The notes: a model not told the origin generated them from the letters alone. A DNA stretch of 64,000 bases from Octopus vulgaris (GCA_951406725.2 OX597819.1:30690001-30754000), one strand, 5' to 3'; positions 40,250 through 53,047 are shown, counted from the first letter of the stretch. Program-made: numbers and translations.

Positions 40250-42051
40250 AAAACATTGTCCCCTTCAGCGCAAAGCTCAACTGCTCTATCCTGACATGGA
40301 GGGTATCAGCAATGAAATCTATAACAAAACACTCATTGACATTGAAGACAGAATTGCTAAACTGGGTGGAAATGAATTATCGACGTATGGCCTGCCACAA
40401 GCATTCAGGTCAGGGTCAAATAGCCTTCCCACAGCTGTCATTCGTGAAACAACCTACGACACTCAAGCGCTTTCAAAGTACATTGTTGAAAATGAGCCTA
40501 AATTACTTCTGGACCAGCTGCAGGCCTACAGAACTATTCTTAACAGTGTACGCCAACGCGAGGAACGAATCTTCTTCCTCGATGCTCCTGGAGGGACAGG
40601 AAAAACATTTATTACAAAGCTTCTACTTGCAGAAGTTAGGCACATCAGGACATTGCAGTAGCTGTAGCCTCCTCTGGCATTGCAGCTACTTTGTTACCCG
40701 GTGGCAGGACAGCACACTCAACTTTTAAACTCCCTCTCAATTTAGCAGCATCCGAAATGCCTTCATGCAATATCAACAAAAGCTCAGATCAGGGACAAGT
40801 ACTTAAAATGTGTTATGTAATTGTCTGGGATGAGTGCACTATGGCTCACAAGGGAGCTTTCAAAGCATTAGATAGAGCTCTGAAAGACATCCGAGACTGT
40901 CAGGCTCCAATGGGAGGTGTAACGCTTCTGTTGTCAGGTGATTTCAGGCAAACTCTTCCTGTCATTCCGAAAGGCACTAGAGCTAATGAAGTTCAAGCAT
41001 GCCTAAAGTCCTCTACTCTGTGGCATCATGTTACAATCTTTAGTGTCACTACTAACATGAGAGCTCAGCTACACGGCGACAAAATGTCCACAAAGTTTGC
41101 ACAGGACATTTTGACACTTAGTGAAGGCAAGATGCCTCTCGATGCTGCAGGACAAATGGAAGTGTGGTCATTTTCTTCTGTTGTTAATTCTGTAGATGAC
41201 CTCAAAAACTAAGTCTTTCCCAACTTCACACAAAACTACCAAAATCACAATTGGCTGTGTGAAAGAGCAATATTAGCTCCAAAAAACGTCGCTGTTAACA
41301 AAATTAATCAACAGCTAATGCATTCTCTTCCCGGCACTATACACACTTACAAGTCTGTTGATACAATTCCAGATATAAATGAAGTTGTGAACTATCCTCC
41401 TGAATTTCTCAATTCACTGGAGCCCTCCTCGACTACTTCCACACATATTAGCACTTAAAGTTGGAACTCCTGTAATGCTACTCCGCAATCTGGAACCACC
41501 AAGACTTTGCAATGGAACACGACTGGTGATAAAGAAAATGATATTACACGTTATCGAGACGATCATTCTTTCTGGATGTGGAAAAGGTGATGACGTCTTT
41601 ATTCCAAGATTTCTTCTTACTCCATCAGGAGCAGAAATTCCATTTACATTCAGAAGACTGCAATTCCCCCTTCATGTCAGCTTTGCCATGTCCATTAACA
41701 AATCTCAGGGTCAAACCCTCTCTGTAGCTGATCTTCTCTTGGAAGAGCCCTGCTTCTCGCATAGGCAACTGTATGTTGGCTGCTCAAGAGTAGGAACCAA
41801 AAGAAACCTTTTTGTATATGCTCCACAAGGAAAAACAAGGAACATTGTTTACAAGGTGTTATAATCTCAACAGCCAGGAGGTATATACATGATCCCCTTT
41901 TTTTTAACAAACTTCATGTACTTTCATGTATTTATATTAATAGACATATATTTGTGTGTGTGTGTGTGTGTGTGTGTGTATCCATATATATAACAGAAAA
42001 GTCTAATTCTTCTATTGAATGTAACCAGGCAACGCCGGGTATCTCTGCTAG
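40250..42051 (+). mobile_element. Helitron RepHel C-terminal PIF1-like helicase (pseudogenised) with intact 3' end
   Basis: Motifs FFLDAPGGTGKTF, GRTAHSTFKLP, VIVWDECTM, LLSGDFRQTLPV, LRNLEPPRLCNGTRL, QFPL..SFAMSINKSQGQTL and FSH.QLYVGCSRV. 3' hairpin ccaggcaacgccgg then CTAG|T. Contains frameshifts and a stop. Confidence 0.95.
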
Positions 42052-42654
42052 TTTTGAATACAACATGAAACTCCTGAATTGTTTTTGCTTTCTTTTTTTC
42101 TTCCTATTTGCCAAATGCCAACAGAAACAAAAGAAGCTTCAAGTTTGTACAGCCTGTAGCTATAGAATAATAGCAACAACGGTATTCACTCCTATAAATA
42201 TTGTCACTGCTTTCACATGACATTTTATGTATATCCATGAAAGAGAAAAACGGGTTATGTGTTTACAAAACTACAGTTGATTATTTTTAATAGCTTAGTT
42301 GTATTTAATGTTTCATCATCATCATCATTTAATGTCCTGTTTTCCATACTTGCATGGCTTGGATGGTTTGACAAGAGCTGACTAGCTGAAGGGATGTTCA
42401 GGTTCCGTGTCTTTTTTGGCATGGTTTCTACAGCTAGATGTCCTTCCTAATGCCAATCACTTTACAGAGTGTGCTTTTATGCAGCACCAGTATGGGCACT
42501 TTTTACGTGGCACCAGCACCTACATACCTGCAAGATTAGGGATGCTCAGAGAGGATTGCAGGGGACAAGCCTGTATGCAAAGGCAACCACATTTTTACTT
42601 AGCTTGACGCGTCTTTTCAAGCACAACAAACCACCAGGAATCACAATCCCATCA

Positions 42655-42895
42655 TCCCCTCTGTAGATCCTTTCTTATCACTTCGTCCCACATCTTCCAG
42701 GGTCTACCCCTTCCACATGCTCCCTCTAAAATTAGAGACTGGCACCTCTTGATACAGATGTCTTCATTCATATGCATTACAAGGCTACACCAGTGCAGTC
42801 TTCCCTCTTGCACACTATATCTGATGTCATGCATACCCAGTTTTTCTCTCAAATCACTTACACTCTGTCGTATATGCACACTGACATGCACACAT
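42655..42895 (-). mobile_element. RTE LINE fragment
   Basis: RQSVSDLREKLG...GACGRGRPWKMWDEV. Confidence 0.75.
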
Positions 42896-43113
42896 ATACA
42901 TGCAAGTAGGCAAATGGAATGGATGATGATCATTGCTATTGAGTATGGCCATCTTTTCTTATCCCTTCTTCATTCTTGTTCAGACAAAGTACCTCTCTGT
43001 CATGGATGCTCCCAATGACAAAATGATACACTGATATGACAAGACCATGAAATCATCTTCCTGATGCCAACCCCACAACATTTCAACAGATGATACAATC
43101 ACACAAATGTAAT

Positions 43114-43345
43114 AGGCGGTGAGCTGGCAGAACCGTTAGCACGACGGGCAAAATGTGTAGCCGTATTTCGTCTGCCGTTACATTCTGAGTTCAAATTCCG
43201 CCGAGGTCGACTTTGCCTTTCATCCTTTCGGGGTCGATTAAATAAGTACTAGTTACGCACTGGGGTCGATATAATCGACTTAATCCGTTTGTCTGTCCTT
43301 GTTTGTCCCCTCTATGTTTAGCCCCTTGTGGGTAATAAAGAAACA
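43114..43345 (+). mobile_element. SINE family A, full length with an 18-bp TSD
   Basis: TSD gatacaatcacacaaatg at 43092-43109 and 43346-43363. Confidence 0.9.
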
Positions 43346-43519
43346 GATACAATCACACAAATGACCTGTGAATTGCGACTGTTACCACCTATGCTTCCAT
43401 GTGCCTGACAAACTACAAAGCTATAGAAGCAGCTATATTTCCTTGTTTACAGACACATATGAAACCATTTGTTTATGGTCCCAAGAAGTTTGAATCTCAA
43501 CATACATTAGCAAAAAAAA

Positions 43520-44400
43520 AATGTCCTAGTTAGATAACTGCATGTGAAGTACTTAGCTATGAGAAAGCTGCTGTATCTAGCATTTGTCAGCCTTACAAAA
43601 ATGCCTTTGACAAACTCCTACACTCTGTAATCTGGTTGTTATGGAAACTCTGAGTAGACAAATGGCTTATGAAGGTCATGCAAGTTGAGTAGAGGTGCAG
43701 TCAGCAAGGTAGGATTTACGAATCTCAGTCCTCAAGCCCCTTCTATTTATCATAACCATTCAGGCCATAACAGAGGAGCTTATAATTGGCTGTCCATGGA
43801 AAGTCTCATATGCAGATGATCTAGTTCTTACATATGAATCTATACTGGAATTAGGGAAGAAATTCCAGACACAGAAGCAAAATCTAGAACCAAAAGGTAT
43901 CAAAGCAAACTTTGCAAAGACTAAAGTAATAGTCAGTCAGGAAAATGACAGGACTGTGCTACTGCCAGGTAAATGGCCAAGCTTAGAAGGCTACCTATAG
44001 CTTCTGTTATCAAGATGACCTAATTAACAATGGAAATGTGTGTTCTAAAAATATAAAAGCCAGGGTGAGAATGAGATGGGGTTGAGGTGGCTATTATCCA
44101 GACTAGTAACAAATACATTTCCTGTTTGAACGAAAGAAGATTGTAAGATACTGGTGTATAAAACATGATACTGCGTGGTAGCAAAACACGGATACGAAAT
44201 ACAGGTGTACAAAGGCTGAAAGGAAATGCTCTGCTGAATGTAAAATGTTAGTGTGTGTAAACGACAGAACACAAAAGAGCTGAAAGGAAAACTAAGCAGA
44301 ATAGGTATAAGATGTAATGTGCAAGAGAAAGGACTGTGCTTATACAGAAAATGTTATATATATATGGATGATGACAGTTGGCATAAAGAAGTGTCAAGTT
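43520..44400 (+). mobile_element. Old RTE RT remnant
   Basis: Degenerate matches to the RTE ORF (caggccataacagaggag, tatgcagatgatctagtt = YADDL, gcaaagactaaagta). Confidence 0.65.
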
Positions 44401-44610
44401 ATTGACATGGATACCTGACTGATCTCAGGAACGAGAAGAATTTTTATACTTCTTAAAACTGGTATGACAACTTGACAACTCCTTCCTCTTGGCATACTTT
44501 TGCGAAATCACTATTAAAGATTTCCATACTTAAAGTGTTACTCACCATTTTGAACATTCACACATGCACACACACACACACACACACATACACACACATA
44601 AAACTCTTAC

Positions 44611-44872
44611 CTTGTCTCCAGTACCTTCGGCATCTATAGACAAAACACCAAACTTCTTGGGAACATTGTACTTGAAAACAAATGTCTTTACACTGAAGCA
44701 TTTAACTTGAATAGTTGACTTTCTACCAACTCTTACACTGTGGTGACTTGAAGCAAGATGATTCTGCATAGTTCCAAGGTCATCTGTGATAACAAATTCT
44801 GAAAACCCATCTCGCTGTCCAATAGCTGCTTCCACATAGGTGACATTCTGATATTTCTTACTTCTAACAAAC
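44611..44872 (-). CDS. Internal coding exon of an FkbM (Methyltransf_21)-family SAM-dependent methyltransferase
   Basis: Acceptor tttttgtccttgtAG| and donor AAG|GTaagag bound a 262-nt open exon. It reads FVRSKKYQNVTYVEAAIGQRDG...VKCFSVKTFVFKYNVPKKFGVLSIDAEGTGDK. NVTxxxAAIG and LSIDAEG match FkbM motifs. The exon ends in phase 0, compatible with the next exon. Confidence 0.85.
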
Positions 44873-44947
44873 CTACAAGGACAAAAATTTTCAAAATAAA
44901 TGTTTTATCGAAAATATACAATTGTTGATAATGCCCATGGGCATATA

Positions 44948-45176
44948 TATTTCTTTACTACCCACAAGGGGCTAAACACAGAGGGGGCAAACAAGGACAG
45001 ACGAACGGATTAAGTCGATTACATCAACCCCAGTGCGAAACTGGTACTTTATTTATTGACCCCGAAAGGATGAAAGGCAAAGTTGACCTCAGCGGAATTT
45101 GAACTCAGAACGTAACGACAGATGAAATACCGCTAAGCATTTCGCCCGGCGCACTAATGTGTCTGCCAGCTCACCA
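44948..45176 (-). mobile_element. SINE family A with a 14-bp TSD
   Basis: TSD cccatgggcatata at 44934-44947 and 45177-45190. Confidence 0.9.
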
Positions 45177-45181
45177 CCCAT

Positions 45182-45440
45182 GGGCATATAGCATAATGGT
45201 TAACAGCGCAGGCTACTAACCCCAAAATTCTGAGTTCAATTCCAGGCAGTACCTTGAGTAAATAATAATAATAATAAAATCAGGAAAAAATACCTTAATA
45301 ATAAGAACCCAGGGCTGGGTTCAAAATTCCACCAGGACACCTGATGATGGCTGGAGAGTAAATCAGCTGAAATGTTGTGGTAACAACAAACAAGATAAGG
45401 ACACATATCCATCCAATGCCAATAATGTAAATAATGTTGA
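45182..45440 (+). mobile_element. tRNA-headed SINE-like element followed by (AAT)n and a hammerhead-containing 3' part
   Basis: A-box-like tagcataatgg, B-box-like gagttcaattcc, (aat)5, an HHR at 45338-45379 and a taaataatg-type tail. Confidence 0.6.
45338..45379 (+). ncRNA. Minimal type-I hammerhead (zero-loop stem III class)
   Basis: cac-CTGATGA-tggctgg-agagtaaa-tcagct-GAAA-tGTT-gtg. The expected GAAAC reads GAAAT, a probable CpG decay. Confidence 0.65.
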
Positions 45441-48299
45441 TAATGGCGTGTAGTATTTATTAACATTTATTAACAGTTGATTTTACTTTTCTTCCTATGA
45501 AATGGGAGTGTGTAATAAAAATCAAGGAGTGAAGTTTGGCTTAGATTGGTGCCCTGGTATGGCCGCATGCCATAATTGAAACCATTAAATGTTTTGGTGG
45601 CATGAATTAAAATATATCTTTTTATTTCATTACAAATCTATTAAGTAAAATATCTTTTGTTTTGAAAGAAAAATATCATAATACAACACAAACTGTGACA
45701 TTTACACTCCTGAACAATTTTGCAAATTTTGTCTTTTCTCGTTTTATTGGTTTCAGTCATTGGACTACAGCTACATTAGATGTACCACCTTGAATGGTAG
45801 AGTTAACCACATCAACTCCTTTATCGAGTTTTATTTTAAAGACCTTGAGAGGATGAAAAACAAAGTTAATCTATGCAGGATTTGAACTCAGAATAACTCA
45901 CAATCCTATGCAGATGATACCACTTTTCATTACTTACTAATATTCAATACCCAATAATCATCAACATGCACCCTACATACCTTGTGCCAAACCAATAATG
46001 ATTCCATGAACAGAGACCTCAAAAACATCTTTAAATGTGGTCCCTTCAACAGAACATGTCAACAAAACAATACTGTATCCACAGTCCATAAACATGAAAA
46101 ACATGCAACAAGAACCCTCACAATCACTGAGAATTTCTTGTGGTTATTTCAGATCCCCAGTATAGCAAACACAGTATCATAAAGACCAACCTTTTGAGAA
46201 CCAGAAAATATCACATCCCCACCAAAACTACTAACCCTTTACAAATACCTAAGTGAAACTTAGAATAATGTAGTTGTCCTACATCTGGAAAGATGCTGCT
46301 AGTAGACACATAGACATCCTAGTCTGCATAAAAAGAAAAAGGCCATCAAACTGATTGATACAAGATCACTCAGACCCACTCCAAACTCCAAACTTATAGA
46401 CATGGTGTCTCTTCTTTTTGTCTTTCCTACTACCAAAGCAACTGCTTTTGTTCATTCTTCAGAGCTAACTACTTGCACCCCTCCATTCAGGTCCAACTGA
46501 CTCATTTTCTTCTCCATCTTTCATTATTTATATTGTGCTACAACCAAATTACCAGTAACACCAAATTGTTCCTCTTTGGAATCCCTCCTCAAGAATTTTC
46601 TCCTTGCCTATATTTTTATTGTCAACTTACAACCATTCATGAGGAACATTTGCCACATCAATCTCTGGTCTCAGAGGATCAGCAACAGCCATAAGCAAAG
46701 CTCCTTCCTCCAAACCAAATCAATAAAATTAGGAGAAGAAGGCACATATAATCAAATATCACGTTTCCCCAATACTCTAATAATTCTTTCACTAGCCATT
46801 TTCCATGGATTTTCAGTGGTACCTAAAGCATAAAATTCACATCTTTGCTAAGGAATGCCTCTTTACTACTACAGAGTAGCTCTAGATTCATTCCCTATAG
46901 GTCTATAGCAGTAAATTTCATAGGAGTGGCTGTGTGGTAAGTAGCTTGCTTACAAACCACATGGTTCCGGGTTCAGTTAAATGACTTGAAACAAGTAAAA
47001 GAGTAAAAGAGTATCCATTTCTACACCATCAGGAACTGTATGGATCTACATGGCATCCAGGAAAAAAAAACTTCCAAATTTAATGAAGTCAATCCTATTG
47101 AAAATTATAGATACACTCTTTCTCTCTCTCAACAGAAATCTACCTTAAAATTCAGCAATATGAAACTATAAGATTAATCATAAAAGGTGGATGCTTACAA
47201 ACACCTTTATGTCAACCCACCAGAGAGCCCCATCAGTTCTCGCCTATTTTAAAGTGCTTATATTTAAATTAAAAACTTCCATTATAATATAATACTTATT
47301 AAGAACATTTTGTTCAACACTTCACCATACCTCAGCTTCATAAGGAAAAGTTAGTTGTTCTATTAAAACCTAAATTCTTGATTATTTTCAAAAGTAATTG
47401 AAATATACAAGTAAATTTTAAAACTTTAAATGTAAGGAAATAAAAATTTCAAAATCACTATGAGAGCAATTGGATAATAACTAACGAATGAAATTGAAAT
47501 CAAATTTGATGACTGGCATCTGTGCTAGTGGAGCGCTAAGAGCAGCACCATCCAAGCATGATTGTGGCCAGAGCAGCTAACTGGCTTCTGTGCTGGCGGC
47601 ACGTAAAAAGCACCATTCGAGCATGATCATTACCAGCGTCGCCTTACTGGCACGTGAAAAAGCATTAGAGCGAGGTCATTGCCAGTGCTGCTGGACTGGC
47701 TCCTGTGCAGGTGGCACGTAAAAAACACCATTTGAGCGTGGCCGTTGCCAGTAACACCTGACTGGCCCTCGTGCCGGTGGCATATTAAAGCACCCACTAC
47801 ACTCTCGGAGTGGTTGGCGTTAGGAAGGGGCATCCAGCTGTAGAAACTCTGCCAGATCAGATTGGAGCCTGGTGAAGCCCTCTGGTTCGCCAGTCCTCTT
47901 TCAAATCGTCCAACCCATGCTAGCATGGAAAGCAGACATTAAATGATGATGATGATGATGATGACTTTCTAGTCATAACTGACCCATTTTTTTAGGTCTG
48001 TATAGGAAATTGTTAAATGTGGGCAAAATTTTGGAATAGAAATCCCTTAAATTCTCACAGCTCATGGGGAAGAAAAGAATATGCCAATGATTGTGATGGG
48101 AGGTGGGGGGAGGGGCAAACATTTTTTTTTTAAACATTGAAATTTTGGGGAAAATTTTTTTTAATGTGAAAAGAAAAACAGTGAGCACGCACACATGCAT
48201 ACTGACACGCATCACAATTTTTTTCAACATCTCAAGTTTCATCTTGCGATATGTGTCAGTACATGTGTACGAGCCCACCAATTTCTTTTTCATGTTAAA

Positions 48300-48692
48300 T
48301 CGTTATATATAAAAGAAAGGTTGTGTGTCTGTCTACTCCGATTTAGATTCCTAACTACTCCCACATTTTGCGATGCAGTTTAACCAAAACCGGGTATCTT
48401 ATAGTCGTGATTCATATCGAGCCCTTCTGGGTATTAGCACACGTCTACGATGAATCTACGATTTTAAAAATAATTTACCATCATTTTCTTCCATTTTAAT
48501 ACATATTTTTTTAAATAAAAGGAAGTAACTCTCTAAAAATGTCTATGATGAGTCAACGATTTAAAAAAAAATTTACCATAATTTTTTTTCAATTTTTAAT
48601 GCATTTTTTGCTATTTCTTGGCTATAACTCTCTAAAAATGCTTTATAGTTATTTCCCTTACAAACCCGAGCAACGCCGGGCGATACTGCTAG
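48300..48692 (+). mobile_element. Non-autonomous Helitron family H1
   Basis: A|TCGTTATATATAAAA...cccgagcaacgccggg-cgatactg-CTAG|T. Confidence 0.85.
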
Positions 48693-48884
48693 TTTAATAT
48701 AATCGTAATCTACACACTCCAAAAGGTTATTTGTAGAAAATGTTCTCTGTTATAAAAACTATGGTCAGTAATGTAGGTCAAACCCTAAACAAAGGGCTGA
48801 CCTACAGGCTCCTAGGGGTTCCGCGAGAAAGAGTGAGATATGCTAAAGCTAATTTCATGATCGTAATATTACTATACATACACA

Positions 48885-51464
48885 AGGTCTCTAAGGGACA
48901 ACCTGCTGAGAGCCACTGACCAGATCTGTGGTTGGTGCAAAGTCCCCTCAAGACCCAAAATAACATGCTGGTGGAACAATATTGTTGACAGGGCTATTAG
49001 ACAAAAGAAACAGGCTTGGAAGAACTGGAAGAACAGTGGTAGTAGGGAAGTGTATCAGACTGCCAGAAGGGAAGCTAGGAGGCAGGTGTATTTAGCCAGA
49101 GGGGAAGCAGATAAGAAAAAATTTGCCAATGTTCTGCGCCATGAGGATGAAAGACTTGAGGTATTTCGTGTTGCAAGACAGTGTGTGAGAGAGAATCGTG
49201 ATGTGGTAGGAGAGAAATGTGTTCACATGGATGATGGTTCACTTGCACTAAACGAGGATGCAAAGAGAGAGGTTTGGAGATGCCACTATGAAAGGTTGCT
49301 CAACAAAGAGAATGAATGAGGATTAAAGAGAGTCTGCTGAATGTCGACCCAACAGAGGGACCAGCTATCCGAGTTGACAGTTCCTTGGTAGTTCAGGCAA
49401 TTAGAAGCATGAAGACAGGGAAAGCCCCAGGCCCATCAGGAATTACTGCAGAGATGCTCAAAATATCTGGTAGTGTCGGCTATAGCCTAGTCACCCGTAT
49501 AGTTAACCAGGTGATACACGAAGGAGTCATTCCCAATGACTGGTGTAGCAGCATAATAGTCAACTGCTACAAAGGTAAAGGTGATGCCCTAGATACAAAT
49601 AACTACAGGGGTATCAAGCTGTTGGATCAGGTATTGAAGGTTACAGAGAGGGTCATAGCCCAACTAATTAGAGAGAGAGTCAGTCTAGATGAGATGCAGT
49701 TTGGTTTCGTACAAGGGAAAAGTACTACTGATGCTATATTCCTGGTAAAACAGCTGCAGGAGAAATACCTAGCCAAAGATAAGCCCCTGTACCTGGCTTT
49801 TGTTGACATGGAGAAAGCCTTCAACAGGGTCCCCCGATCCCTTATCTGGTGGTCAATGAGGAAACTAGGGATAGATGAATGGTTAGTGAGAGCGGTACGA
49901 GCCATGTACAGGGACACTGCTAATAAGGTGAGAGTTGGCAACGAGTACAGTGAAGAATTCCGGGTAGAGGTTGGGGTCCACCAAGGTTCAGTCCTCAGCC
50001 CCCTCCTATTTATCATAGTCCTCCAGGCAATAACAGAGGAATTCAAGACAGGATGCCCCTGGGAGCTCCTCTATGCTGATGACCTTGCTCTAATTGCTGA
50101 GTCACTATCAGAACTGGAGGAGAAGTTTCAGGTGTGGAAGCAAGGGTTAGAATCGAAGGGCCTTAGAGTCAATCTAGCTAAAACCAAAGTCCTAATATGT
50201 AGGAAGGTAGACAAATCACAAACGCCTTCAGGTAGATGGCCCTGCTCGATCTGTAGAAAAGGCATAGGTAGAAACTCTATAAGATGCACCAAGTGTAAGC
50301 TATAGACACATAAGAGGTGCAGCAATGTCAAAGGAAGGCTAACTAGGAAAATAGTTTTTGTATGTGGCAGATGCTCAGGAGCAATAAACATTGAAAATGT
50401 GCAGAGACCAACTTCTACCACATTCCAGGGAGAAAAACTAGAAATAGTTGATAGCTTCCGTTACCTAGGTGACCAAGTCAGTAGCAGGGGTGGGTGTGCT
50501 GAAAGTGTTACTGCTAGAGTAAGAATAGCCTGGGCAAAGTTCAGAGAGCTCTTACCCCTACTGATGACAAAAGGCCTCTCGCTCAGAGTAAAAGGCAGAC
50601 TGTATGATGCATGCATACGAACAGCCATGCTACATGGTAGTGAAACATGGGCTGTGACTGCTGAGGATATGCGTAAGCTCATGAGAAATGAAGCCAGTAT
50701 GCTCCGATGGATGTGTAATGTCAGTGTTCATACTTGACAGAGTGTAAGTACCTTGAGAGAAAAGTTGGACCTAAGAAGCATCAGTTGTGGTGTGCAAGAG
50801 AGACGTTTGCGCTGGTATGGTCATGTGACGAGAGTGGATGAAGATAGTTGTGTGAAAAAGTGCCACACCCTAGCGGTTGAGGGAACCTGTGGAAGAGGTA
50901 GACCCAGGAAAACCTGGGACGAGGTGGTGAAGCACAACCTTCGAACTTTAGGTCTCACCGAGGAAATGACTAGAGACCAAGACCTTTGGAAGTATGCTGT
51001 GCGTGAGAAGACCCGGCAGGACAAGTGAGACCATAACCCATGGCCTCTACCTGGGATGTAGCCAGTCCACTTATGCAAACCTTTCCTTCTTGGGACACAA
51101 AACTCTACTTGTGAAGACCTGTTGAGGCAAGTGAGAAAGCAGAATCAAAATCGAAATCGATCAACATCATTGGAAATTGTAACTGTGATACCAGTGCCGG
51201 TGGCACGTAAGCAAACCATCCGAATGTGGCCGTTGCCAGCCTCGCTTGGCCCCCGTGCCGGTGGCACGTGACTGTTTGCTAGCCCCATCTGACACGTAAA
51301 AAGCACCCACTACACTCACGGAGTGGTTGGCATTAGGAAGGGCATCCAGCCATAGGAACATTGCCAGATCAGACTGAGCCTGGTGCAGCCTTCTGGCTTC
51401 CCAGACCCCAGTTGAACCATCCAACCCATGCTAGCATGGAAAGCGGATGCTAAATGATGATGAT
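48885..51464 (+). mobile_element. RTE-clade LINE, 5'-truncated, RT pseudogene
   Basis: KAPGPSGI, NYRGIKLL, QFGF, AFVDMEKAF, GVHQGSVLSPLLF, LLYADDL, FRYLG and RGRPRKTW. Several stops, 3' UTR repeats and a (GAT)n tail. Confidence 0.95.
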
Positions 51465-51533
51465 GTAATATAGACAGCATCCTATCTAACCTATTATGTT
51501 ATCAGAAAAATATAACAACCACATATATATATA

Positions 51534-51728
51534 TATTTATTACTGGTGAAGGCATGTCTTTAGGGTTACTCTGAGTTTCTCACCACAAAGTGTATCTTTA
51601 TGGTGTATCATCAGACCCAAAAACTTGTTGACTTATGACCTCTTTAAAGTATGGTGGGGTAACCTCACCAGTAATAAATAGAAACTGCTCTACTTGGAGT
51701 GTGCTTCTTCTCCATTTTTATGTTTTCT
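51534..51728. mobile_element. Short fold-back pLTR element related to 8256-8784
   Basis: 16-bp inverted ends 51534-51549 / 51665-51680. The tail ...gagtgtgcttctt... is shared with about 8748-8760, and (TA)n lies at left. Confidence 0.7.
51563..51618 (-). ncRNA. Type-I hammerhead ribozyme (intact core and all stems)
   Basis: gggt-CTGATGA-ta-caccataaag-ataca-ctttgtggtg-a-GAAAC-tcaga-GTA-accc. Confidence 0.8.
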
Positions 51729-51743
51729 AAAAAAAAAAAACAA

Positions 51744-51842
51744 TGGTGAAAGTAAAGAATATGTACACCCGGTGTTTAGGGTTAGGGTTAGAGTTTTTGT
51801 TATCCCAAAAACGGGTGGTGTACATATTCTTTACCTCCACCA
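51744..51842. mobile_element. Tiny MITE with TIRs of about 26 bp and internal TTAGGG repeats
   Basis: tggtgaaagtaaagaatatgtacacc / ggtgtacatattctttacctccacca, with ttagggttagggttag inside. Confidence 0.65.
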
Positions 51843-52051
51843 AAAGACCTGTATATATTTTTAACTAGCTTAAAAGCCACCCAACTGGGTGGATTTTAAG
51901 CTAGCTCCTGTGGAGGGCTCTTCATTGGGCCTTGAGCCCAATAATGACACTTCATGCATTGAGTACATAGTAAATTTTATTTAACTTGACCAATATTTTT
52001 CAAGCAATGAACAATTGTCATCAAAACACTGATATAACATGTTGTTGTTTA

Positions 52052-52284
52052 GGGCGGCGAGCTTGGCAGAATCGTTAGCTCGCCGGGCGAAATGCTTAGA
52101 GGTATTTCGTCTACCGCTACATTCTGAGTTCAAATTCCGCCGAGGTCGACTTTGCCTTTCATCCTTTCGGGGTCGATTAAATAAATACCAGTTACACACT
52201 GGGGTCGATAAAATCGGCTTAATCCATTTGTCTGTCCTTGTTTGTCCTCTCTGTGTTTAGCCCCTTGTGGGTAGTAAAGAAATA
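52052..52284 (+). mobile_element. SINE family A with a 12-bp TSD (another partial copy at about 52695-52865)
   Basis: TSD gatataacatgt at 52031-52042 and 52285-52296. Confidence 0.9.
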
Positions 52285-53047
52285 GATATAACATGTCTTC
52301 AAACTTATTGCAAAACTTCATGATAGAGGACATTTTTGGGAGTCAGTACAATTTTTTTTTTCTGTCTTAACTTTCTCTCTCTCTCTCTTTCTGTTGGTTG
52401 TTTTCAACCATCACCATCACCCATACCACCACAACTACCATACACACACCATTCAGACTTTTGATGCAACCAACCTTAACATCTTTCACCTGGCCACCTT
52501 CCCCTCCACCACCATCACCACTATCTTTCACATTCCTTACTATCACCATCATACTTGGCCGCCTCAGCTACTACCACCACCACCACCACCATCATCACCG
52601 TTGCCTCTATCACAACTACAGCTCATACTATTACTCTCACCTGTCACTGAATTGTGAGAAAGGAGTGTGTCAAGTGTGACACAAACACACAAATTCGTCT
52701 GCGCCCCGGGCGGAATGCTTCGCGGTATTTCGTCTGTCGTTACGTTCTGATTCCAGATTCCACCGAGGTCGACTTTTCCTTTCATCCTTTCAGGGTCAAT
52801 AAATAAAAGTACCAGTCTCGCACTGGGGTCGATGTAATCGACTTAATCCCTTTGTTTGTCAAGAAATATATTATTATAGATTGAAGTGTAAAAACTTCTT
52901 TGTAGTTGACTGATTTTTTTAGTTTACACGCTTTAGTAATTCATTTTAATTACTTATTTTAGTCGATTTGTATATATCTTTTCTTGACAGGCCTTTCTAT
53001 ATATTTTGTATATATGTGCATATATATTTCTTGGTATTATTTGAGTC

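Noticed and set aside
45182-45250. Functional tRNA gene (also the SINE heads at 10802, 35117, 43114 and 52052)
   Set aside because: The cloverleaf is incomplete and each head continues into repeat bodies, so these are SINE heads.
45960-47090. Possible ancient LINE remnant on the minus strand
   Set aside because: Too degenerate to show diagnostic motifs by eye.
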